Shown piece after piece: positions 1 to 6,480 of a DNA stretch of 11,283 bases. The notes under the pieces are model-generated. The model searched no databases. It was not told where the DNA came from and worked only from the letters and a program-made list of their open reading frames with translations. The stretch covers positions 1 to 11,283 of the forward strand of contig CAZECW010000172.1 of assembly GCA_964510585.1 (NCBI GenBank), written 5' to 3'. The position numbers were made by a program, and so were the translations under genes. This DNA comes from an uncultured archaeon (GTDB lineage Archaea; Asgardarchaeota; Jordiarchaeia; Jordiarchaeales; Jordiarchaeaceae). How positions within the stretch are numbered: position 1 is the first letter of the stretch; the number at the start of each line of letters is the position of its first letter.

Positions 1-134
1 GCGTCTTGTTTAGCCTCTTAAGCCCAAGCCAAACCCTTCAGCTACCAACAACTATTTATATACCATACTTTCAAATAAACTTTCTGGCGATTCATCCCCA
101 CGACTAAAGTCGGGGGCTTTCTCGCCAAGGTTTT
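1..134 (-). mobile_element. IS200/IS605-family (IS608-like) left end; element continues off the left edge of the window
   Basis: The minus strand reads TTAC|AAAACCTTGGCGAG-AAAG-CCCCCGAC-TTTA-GTCG-T-GGGG (TTAC at 138-135, AAAG at 120-117, hairpin 116-96 with a single bulged T). This matches the IS608 left-end layout as I recall it: TTAC target, AAAG guide at the hairpin foot, CCCC...GGGG hairpin with bulged T. An outer stem GGCGA/TCGCC (86-90/122-126) is also present. No transposase or tnpB ORF is visible in the window. Confidence 0.75.
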
Positions 135-262
135 GTAAAAAAAGAATTGATTGTTAATATTTCTTTCCATCTTTAAAGGGGAAAAGTTGTAGACCTAGAT
201 TTAGTGTGCATTTTCCCCGGGATATTTTGTTAAGGGCGGAGGAAATAAAGGGCACCTTTTGA

Positions 263-1642
263 CTATTTCTTTGCCTCTTCTAGTGGGTAGCCGGCCTTCT
301 TCCAAGCCATTACTCCTCCCAGTACACTGGTTACTTTTTCGTAACCGTTCATTTTTAGTATGCTGGCCGCTATGCTGGTCTTGTACCCTGAGTCGCAATA
401 AACTACTACTTGTTTTTCTTTTGGCACTTCCCCTAAGCGATTTCTGAGGTCTCCCACCCATATGTGGTGGGCATTCTTCACATGGCCGTCCTGCTTCCAT
501 TTGTTCTCATCTCTTACATCTAGTATGAAGAGGGACTTGTCTTCAAGGTGTTTTTTAAATTCATGAACAGACCAAGTGTTTACCTTCTCGACTTGTTCGG
601 CTTCTCTATACCAAGAAGGGAACCCGCCGGCCAGGTAGCCTTGAAGGTTGTCGTAACCCAGGCGAATAAAGTATCTCACGATTTGGTCGAGGGCAGCATT
701 GTCATCAGTGATGAGTATTATGGGGTCTTCATAGTTTAGCATCCAACCTATGAAGAGAGGCAATCCGCTTTTCCATATGTTTATGCTTTTGGGCACATGT
801 CCACCTGAGAAACCTGTGGGCATCCTTGTGTCCACAATTTGGGCACCTTTTTCAATGTACTTTTTTAGTTCCGCTACACCTATTGCTTTAAGACTGGGTA
901 AGCGGTGTAGGAGGGGAGGACCCTTTTTGTTGTACTCCTCCATTTTTCTAAAGTAGGGGGGTCTATCGAGCTTCTCCCCCATTTTGTGGGCGACAAATGC
1001 TGCTTTACTTTTCAGCTGCAATACTTTATTGGTTTTCTTTTCAAAGCCTATAGTAGTATATTCAAGATCCCCAATTGCTCCTCCGCACACAGAGCCCTTC
1101 CCATGAGCTGGACAAACAATGACTCCATCCTCCAACTTGAGTAGCTTGCCGAATAGACTGTTATACAGATTGCTAGCTAACCTTTCCTTCTCTTTCTCTC
1201 CATAGAGATCTGTTCTTCCAACATCCCCCGCAAATAGTGTATCGCCAGTAAACACCATGTATGTTTCGTTTGAGGATTCTTTATCCTTTAGTGTGATTGA
1301 TATGCTCTCGTCTGTGTGTCCGGGAGTTTCAAGCACTTCCAATTCGAGCATGCCTACTTCAAATTTGTCTCCTTCCTTGACTCCATGTCCATAAGAGAAA
1401 TCTAGCCTGGCACCATGATATATCTCTGCACCAGTCACGTTTGCCAGTTCCATGGAGCCGATGACGTAGTCCTCGTTCCTGTGTGTTTCGAATATGTGAG
1501 TGATTTTCACCTCGTACCTATTTGCAAGATCAAGGTAAATGTCGATGTCTCTTCTTGGATCTATGACTGCAGCTTGATTTCCAGAACCCACAAAATAAGA
1601 GTTGTGCGCTATTATTTCAGACTTCACCTTCTCAAATATCAA
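263..1642 (-). CDS. MBL-fold persulfide dioxygenase-like domain fused to two rhodanese domains (CstB/Blh-like), ~459 aa
   Basis: MBL motifs ETHRNEDY, TPGHT, FTGDTLFAGDVGRTDL and PAHGKGSVCGG. Central rhodanese-like domain (IVDTR...GHVPKSINI) has no catalytic Cys. C-terminal rhodanese has LDVR...GHVKNA...VYCDSGYKTS...GGVMAW. Start moved from 1678 to TTG at 1642 because GGAGGT lies at 1656-1651. Confidence 0.92.
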   Translation of the reverse strand: MIFEKVKSEIIAHNSYFVGSGNQAAVIDPRRDIDIYLDLANRYEVKITHIFETHRNEDYVIGSMELANVTGAEIYHGARLDFSYGHGVKEGDKFEVGMLELEVLETPGHTDESISITLKDKESSNETYMVFTGDTLFAGDVGRTDLYGEKEKERLASNLYNSLFGKLLKLEDGVIVCPAHGKGSVCGGAIGDLEYTTIGFEKKTNKVLQLKSKAAFVAHKMGEKLDRPPYFRKMEEYNKKGPPLLHRLPSLKAIGVAELKKYIEKGAQIVDTRMPTGFSGGHVPKSINIWKSGLPLFIGWMLNYEDPIILITDDNAALDQIVRYFIRLGYDNLQGYLAGGFPSWYREAEQVEKVNTWSVHEFKKHLEDKSLFILDVRDENKWKQDGHVKNAHHIWVGDLRNRLGEVPKEKQVVVYCDSGYKTSIAASILKMNGYEKVTSVLGGVMAWKKAGYPLEEAKK

Positions 1643-1739
1643 ATCAAAAAACCTCCACAAAAACAAATTATTCAACAATTTTCAAGCATATATTGCCTAC
1701 TTAAAACCATGTTTCTGTTTGGAATTAATAAAAAATGTT

Positions 1740-1781
1740 AAAAGGCCTACTAAAACCTACTGGAAGGTGGATAGGCCTTTT
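1740..1781 (-). terminator. Terminator-like inverted repeat just downstream of the sulfurtransferase stop
   Basis: AAAAGGCCTA (1740-1749) and TAGGCCTTTT (1772-1781) form a perfect 10-bp inverted repeat with a 22-nt loop, 9 nt after the stop codon at 1790. On the minus strand the 3' arm ends in a T-run. Confidence 0.45.
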
Positions 1782-1789
1782 TTGGAGAT

Positions 1790-2662
1790 TTATCGTGGGT
1801 TTTTTCCCACCACTGTTGGATTTTCGGGGTAGGCTGTCCACTCTGTGAATGAGCCTTCATATATTTTGACTTTGGGGAATTCCAGGTAGTATTTAAAGAG
1901 GAGAAACTCGTTGGTTGCCTCTCTTCCAGTTCCACAAGAACAAATTATGGTTTTGTCAGGAGTAATTTTGTTGGCGTCTAGGATGGACTGAATCTCTTTA
2001 TCGGGTTTAAGCAGCCTTTTGTTCTTTGCATCCATGAAGTTTGCCCAGGGTAGGTTTATTGCCCCCGGTATGTGGCCAGGCTTAATCCAGGGCCCTTGGC
2101 CCTCGTAAACAGGTGCTGGGCGGGCGTCTAAAAGAATCACGTCTTCTCGATCCTTTATTTTCTTGAATTCCTCATATTCGACATAGAATTCTTTGCGAAC
2201 TTGCGCCTTGAAGTTTGATTCTTCTATCTTGGGAAATTCTTTGGTGAGTTTTCTGCCCTCCTCCTTCCACTTGTCAATGCCTCCGTCAAGAATGTAAACA
2301 TTGTTGTGTCCGAAACGAATTAGGGTATAGGCTACCATGGTCTGCTCCAAACCATCCCCCCAACCCTTAAAGGAACCCACACCCGTATAAACGACCACTG
2401 GCACATCTGGCTTGAGACCGTTTCTGCGAAAAAGTGCTTGGGCAACCTCCTTGGGAACATATTTCCCAGGAATCCCCTTATAAGGAACACGGAACAGTTT
2501 CTCACTCATATAGACTGCTCCTGGTATATGTTCCTGAATATAGTCGTGGATGTCTGGCTGAGTGTCCAGTATCATCAAATTTTCGTCGTCCAAGTGCTCC
2601 GCCAACCAGTCGGTTGAAACCCATTTTACTATGCCCTTTCCAATGGGATATTTCTTAGCCAT
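1790..2662 (-). CDS. sseA: Two-domain rhodanese sulfurtransferase (thiosulfate/3-mercaptopyruvate sulfurtransferase, SseA type), 290 aa
   Basis: N-domain [10 protein letters not shown]...ILDTQP...HIPGAV and [10 protein letters not shown]-domain LLDAR...[11 protein letters not shown], active-site loop [10 protein letters not shown] and C-terminal signature [18 protein letters not shown] upstream of the ATG. Confidence 0.92.
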   Translation of the reverse strand: MAKKYPIGKGIVKWVSTDWLAEHLDDENLMILDTQPDIHDYIQEHIPGAVYMSEKLFRVPYKGIPGKYVPKEVAQALFRRNGLKPDVPVVVYTGVGSFKGWGDGLEQTMVAYTLIRFGHNNVYILDGGIDKWKEEGRKLTKEFPKIEESNFKAQVRKEFYVEYEEFKKIKDREDVILLDARPAPVYEGQGPWIKPGHIPGAINLPWANFMDAKNKRLLKPDKEIQSILDANKITPDKTIICSCGTGREATNEFLLFKYYLEFPKVKIYEGSFTEWTAYPENPTVVGKNPR

Positions 2663-2894
2663 AAAAACATCGCCTCCTCATACAATAAATTAAAATCGAC
2701 CTTACAGCCAATTTGATTATACAATTGATTTATATTATGAGTATTATTTAGTAGCAGTTATCCATTTTAACCTTACCCTAAAATTCTTCACCCCACTAAC
2801 CCGATGTTCAGCAAAAAGAAAAATAATTAAAAGGGAGGGTGCAGAGGTTTCGAACAAGCTTTTTAACGATTGGGTAAATTGCGTAGCCAGCGCT

Positions 2895-3440
2895 TTAGAA
2901 GGATTTGAATTTTTCTTTTGGGGAATTGCATATGGGACACTTATCTGGAGCTTCACCCTCAAGGGTGTAGCCGCAAACAGAGCACACGTTTATTGGCCCA
3001 AAATTGGCGTCTTTGCCCTGGTCTACAGATTTTTTTGCTTTTTCGTATAAGCCCAGATGGGTCTTTTCAGCAGCCAGAGCCCACTCAAAACTATTTGCCG
3101 CAGCCTTTTCGCCTTGAAGGTTAGCCACAGCAATGTAGGCGGGGTACATCTCGTTGATTTCGAAGGTTTCCCCATCAATGCCGGCTTGAAGATCCTCGGA
3201 AGTGTTCGTGGTTCCAAAAATTGCCCCCGAAATAGTAACAGCATCCCCCTTACTCTTTATTATGTGGTAATGATTGCTTGCATGAACCTTCTCGGCAAAA
3301 GATGTTGCCTGAAACAAGCGAGCAACATTGGGAAACTTGTTCTTCTCTGCTCTCTCTGAATAAATTAAATATCTCATGTGAGCCTGGCTCTCACCAGCAT
3401 AAGCACTCCTAAGATTTGTTTCGGTCATTTCCTTAACCAT
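2895..3440 (-). CDS. rbr: Rubrerythrin (di-iron four-helix bundle plus C-terminal rubredoxin domain), ~181 aa
   Basis: NLRSAYAGESQAHMRY, AEKVH and AEKTH (ExxH), GETFEINEMY, and rubredoxin CSVCG...CPIC. Start set at ATG 3440, with GGAGGG at 3455-3450. Confidence 0.95.
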   Translation of the reverse strand: MVKEMTETNLRSAYAGESQAHMRYLIYSERAEKNKFPNVARLFQATSFAEKVHASNHYHIIKSKGDAVTISGAIFGTTNTSEDLQAGIDGETFEINEMYPAYIAVANLQGEKAAANSFEWALAAEKTHLGLYEKAKKSVDQGKDANFGPINVCSVCGYTLEGEAPDKCPICNSPKEKFKSF

Positions 3441-3497
3441 AAAATACAACCCTCCAGTTCATTAAAAATTTGACGAGATATTATATGGGAGAAGAAA

Positions 3498-3510
3498 TAT
3501 ATTAATTTCT
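3498..3510 (-). promoter_or_regulatory. Putative archaeal BRE/TATA promoter for rubrerythrin
   Basis: The minus strand reads AGAAA-TTAATATA, ~60 nt upstream of the ATG at 3440. A similar AAAC-TTAATATA lies upstream of the MFS gene at 10331-10342. Confidence 0.45.
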
Positions 3511-3612
3511 AATCATTTGCGTAAAGCTTCTCACACTTAGGGAAACACTCTTTAAATCTGCTTCCAAGAACATTTGATTTCTACAGTTAAAGGGGCAGAT
3601 GGGAAGCCAAAA

Positions 3613-3795
3613 CCATATGTTTAGGCAGCACGCCATATTTGTGGGAATATGCTTTTGTGAATCTGGGAAGACACGTTTCACCCATTCTTAACACTTTTGC
3701 GCAATAAAAATTAGGGCCAGGAGGATATTGGAGAAAGGCTAGAAGACCAAACTAAACAAAAACCAGATTTCCAAGAGTGCTGTTTAAACATATGG
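3613..3795. repeat. 183-bp element bounded by 19-bp imperfect terminal inverted repeats (MITE-like or long RNA stem)
   Basis: Left arm CCATATGTTTAGGCAGCAC (3613-3631); right arm GTGCTGTTTAAACATATGG (3777-3795); 17/19 complementary. Flanked by the near-direct repeat GCCAAAA (3606-3612) / ACCAAAA (3796-3802). Confidence 0.5.
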
Positions 3796-3867
3796 ACCAA
3801 AAGGCACCAAATTTGCCTTCTATACATAAGCTTCAGCGATCAAGATAAAAAACCTAAAAACAGCACC

Positions 3868-3894
3868 CCTTTTCGAGAAAAGGAGTTTTATAAA
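3868..3894 (+). promoter_or_regulatory. Perfect palindrome (candidate operator) abutting a TATA-like box upstream of the GRE gene
   Basis: CCTTTTC-GA-GAAAAGG (3868-3883) is followed by AG and TTTTATAAA (3886-3894). Confidence 0.4.
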
Positions 3895-3988
3895 GCCAGA
3901 ATGATTTTAAACAGTAAACATTGTGGAGCATTTTAAGTTAAAAAAAGGTTTAAGAAGCAGTTTTTCACATTGTTTTTAGAATTTGGCA

Positions 3989-3996
3989 TTTATAAC
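3989..3996 (+). promoter_or_regulatory. Second TATA-like box; would give a leaderless or near-leaderless GRE transcript
   Basis: TTTATAAC lies 26-38 nt upstream of the in-frame ATGs at 4015 and 4027, neither of which has a clear SD sequence. Confidence 0.3.
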
Positions 3997-4014
3997 CGGG
4001 AAATATTTTGTAGC

Positions 4015-6420
4015 ATGGTGAATTCTATGATCAAATCCTCCCATGATCTTAAGGGTAAGCTCATAGTTAAGGCAGTTCGAAACGTCAGAAGAGGCTACGC
4101 TAAAGATGAAGCCACCAGAGGTATGTTTCGCCCCGGAATTAAACTTGATTTACAGAGGGCACGCCTAATAACTGAATCCTATAGGATGACTGAAGGGGAG
4201 CCCATGCCCATAAGAAGGGCTAAGGCTCTAGACCACATACTCAGCAATTTAAAGATTTATATTCAGCCATGGGAACGCATCGTTGGTAACCACACGGAGG
4301 AGCCAAGCGGTCTCTTCTTTCCAATCGATATGAATTGGAGGTCAGTCTGGAGGGCTGTTAACTCAGTTGAGGGGAGAAGCCTCCTTGACGATAATGGGCG
4401 GAAAGAGTTGGAAGAACTTTGCAAATATTGGGACGGTAAATGCATGAGTGACAGACACAAAGACTTCTTTGGTGGAGAGTTGGCTAAATATTGGAGGTAT
4501 GATGGCACATTTCTGTGGACTCATTGGTCAGAGTTGGGAGTGCCGGATTATGAGAAACTGTTTCGGGTTGGACTGAAGGGGCTAATCAAAGAGGCGGAAG
4601 ATAAGCTTGAAGAAATAGAGAGGGAAGTTCCACGCAACTACGTGGAAAAGAAAGAATTCCTCCTAGCAGTCATAATCGCCCTCAAAGCAGTCATCAAATA
4701 TGCTCGCAGATACTCTAAACTCGCCAGAGAGATGGCTGAAAGGGAAACAAAGGATAAGGATTTGAAGCAGAGGCTTCTGGAGATTGCTGAGACCTGTGAA
4801 TGGGTCCCAGAAAACCCGCCACGCACATTTCTTGAAGCTCTACAATTTTTCTTCTTCATCCACTTGGTACGCTACGTTGAGTATTCCACTCTGGGAATTG
4901 GAGTAAGGTTTGACAAGGTTTTTGGCCCCTACTACGAAAAAGATCTCGCCGAGGGACGCATCACCAGAGAAGAAGCCTTAGAACTATTACAGCTGCTCTG
5001 GGTCAAAATACATGAACTGGGACTAATTTATTCCCCCCTACTTACCGCTATTTATGGAGGTGTAGCCTCCCTACAAGCCATCACCATAGGCGGAACAGAC
5101 TCAGAGGGTAGAGATGTTACAAATGAGGTTAGCTACCTTGTTCTGGACACTGCTCTGTCTATGCGTACACTTGAGCCGAGCATCGCCCTGAGGGTTCACG
5201 ATGGCACTCCAGACGAACTCCTAGAGAAAGCTGTCGATGTAATACGCACGGGCATAGGATACCCCTCACTATTTAATGATAAAGCCATTATTCCCCTACT
5301 TCAGAGATGGAACGTGCCCCTCAAGGATGCCCGCGACTACTCTGTAAGCGGCTGTGTCTACATAGAGATTCCCGGAAAGTGCATGGCCCGCCGCGCCCCA
5401 GGAGGCATCGTACTACCTAAATGTCTGTGGTGGGCTCTCCACCAGGGGAAAGACCCAAAGACGGGAGAGCAAAGGGGCGCGCCCACACCGGATCCCAGAA
5501 CTTTTAAATCTGTGGAGGATGTGATGAACGCTTATCTGGAGCAGGTGCGGTTTTTCTTTGACAAGCAGTTGAAGCTGGAGGACACTTGCCGTGAACTTTA
5601 TGAGAAGTATCTTCCAAGGCCCTATTACTCGGCGATTCTGGACGGCTGTATAGAGAAGGCGATGGATTGCAGAAAGTGGGCTTATCCCACTAACTCGTTC
5701 TGCGTAATTATTGGTCCCACAAATGTTGCAGATTCCATCGCCGCCATTAAGAAGGTTGTTTTCGAGGATAAGAAGGTCACAATGGAAGAACTCATAAAGG
5801 CCATTGATAATAACTGGAAGGGCTATGAGCACATTAGGCAGTTAATGCTTCAAGCGCCCAAGTATGGAAACGATGACGACTATGTGGATGAAATAATGAA
5901 TGAGGTGCAAGTAAAAACTGAAGCAGTGATAGAATCGTTCAGGGATCGCTTTGGGCATCCCTGCCGCGGTGATGGAAGCGGTGTTTCTGCCACTTATGGT
6001 GTTGCGTTTGACACCCCGGCAACTCCTGATGGGCGTTTCGATGGTGAACCATTTGCAGATGCTACCCTTTCTCCCATGATGGGCAGAGATCAGAAAGGCC
6101 CCACTGCTGTTCTCAGCTCTGCAGCCAAAGTCGATGCAATTAAAACTTACAATCATCTGCTTAATCAGAAGTTTTTGCCGAGCTACCTTGAGGGTGACTA
6201 TAAACCCGTTTTCATACAATACCTCAAAACTTGGAGAGAAATGGGGATACCTCACATACAATTCAACATTGTGGACAAGAAAACCCTGATCGAAGCTCAA
6301 ATGAACCCTCAAGAACACCAGGACCTTATTGTACGGGTTGCGGGTTATAGTGCCTACTTTGTAGATCTCAGTAAGGGATTACAGGACGCAATAATAGCCA
6401 GAACCGAACAAAAGTTTTAA
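4015..6420 (+). CDS. Glycyl radical enzyme (PFL2/GRE superfamily) of undetermined reaction class, ~801 aa
   Basis: C-terminal glycyl radical motif LIVRVAGYSAYF (Gly codon 6343-6345); Cys loop DARDYSVSGCVYIEIPG (Cys codon 5353-5355). Typical GRE segments include RARLITESYRMTEGEP..IRRAKAL, PPRTFLEALQ, ITIGG, GYPSLFND, ATPDGR and GPTAVL. Single Cys, not the PFL Cys-Cys pair. Start uncertain (ATG 4015 or 4027); the TTG at 3970 is unlikely. Confidence 0.95.
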   Translation: MVNSMIKSSHDLKGKLIVKAVRNVRRGYAKDEATRGMFRPGIKLDLQRARLITESYRMTEGEPMPIRRAKALDHILSNLKIYIQPWERIVGNHTEEPSGLFFPIDMNWRSVWRAVNSVEGRSLLDDNGRKELEELCKYWDGKCMSDRHKDFFGGELAKYWRYDGTFLWTHWSELGVPDYEKLFRVGLKGLIKEAEDKLEEIEREVPRNYVEKKEFLLAVIIALKAVIKYARRYSKLAREMAERETKDKDLKQRLLEIAETCEWVPENPPRTFLEALQFFFFIHLVRYVEYSTLGIGVRFDKVFGPYYEKDLAEGRITREEALELLQLLWVKIHELGLIYSPLLTAIYGGVASLQAITIGGTDSEGRDVTNEVSYLVLDTALSMRTLEPSIALRVHDGTPDELLEKAVDVIRTGIGYPSLFNDKAIIPLLQRWNVPLKDARDYSVSGCVYIEIPGKCMARRAPGGIVLPKCLWWALHQGKDPKTGEQRGAPTPDPRTFKSVEDVMNAYLEQVRFFFDKQLKLEDTCRELYEKYLPRPYYSAILDGCIEKAMDCRKWAYPTNSFCVIIGPTNVADSIAAIKKVVFEDKKVTMEELIKAIDNNWKGYEHIRQLMLQAPKYGNDDDYVDEIMNEVQVKTEAVIESFRDRFGHPCRGDGSGVSATYGVAFDTPATPDGRFDGEPFADATLSPMMGRDQKGPTAVLSSAAKVDAIKTYNHLLNQKFLPSYLEGDYKPVFIQYLKTWREMGIPHIQFNIVDKKTLIEAQMNPQEHQDLIVRVAGYSAYFVDLSKGLQDAIIARTEQKF

Positions 6421-6480
6421 ACTAAAAAGGGGGATACGACCCCTATTATTGTTATTGGCATTTTTGTTGTTTGAGGAAGA

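Noticed and set aside
1-40. Minus-strand frame reading ...LGLKRLNKT off the window edge, loosely like a TnpA N-terminus
   Set aside because: No in-frame start codon follows the preceding TGA, and it is too short to call without the flanking sequence.
201-500. 99-aa minus-strand ORF and the overlapping 259..447 plus-strand ORF
   Set aside because: Both overlap the well-supported MBL-rhodanese gene in another frame or strand, and neither has recognisable motifs.
2744-2962. 72-aa minus-strand ORF between rubrerythrin and sseA
   Set aside because: Overlaps the rubrerythrin 3' end, has no RBS or motif, and reads like translated AT-rich intergenic DNA.
3599-3691. 30-codon plus-strand ORF (MGSQNHMFRQHAIFVGICFCESGKTRFTHS) as a possible GRE small Fe-S subunit
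   Set aside because: It has only two Cys, is too short for a BssB/BssC/HpdC-type subunit, and lies across the inverted-repeat element.
3970-4014. ORF-track TTG start of the GRE (and the 1678 and 3449 starts of the minus-strand genes)
   Set aside because: The extensions run through promoter- or RBS-like sequence; downstream starts fit the TATA/RBS positions better.
3450-4014. CRISPR array, tRNA or known riboswitch (cobalamin, SAM, fluoride, FMN) in the long intergenic regions
   Set aside because: No regularly spaced repeats, cloverleaf or recognisable consensus cores were found by eye.
4015-6420. Labelling the GRE as pflB/pflD, bssA/assA or cutC
   Set aside because: It lacks the PFL Cys-Cys pair, the CMS-type loop and small subunits of fumarate-adding enzymes, and the GCxE Glu of CutC-type eliminases.
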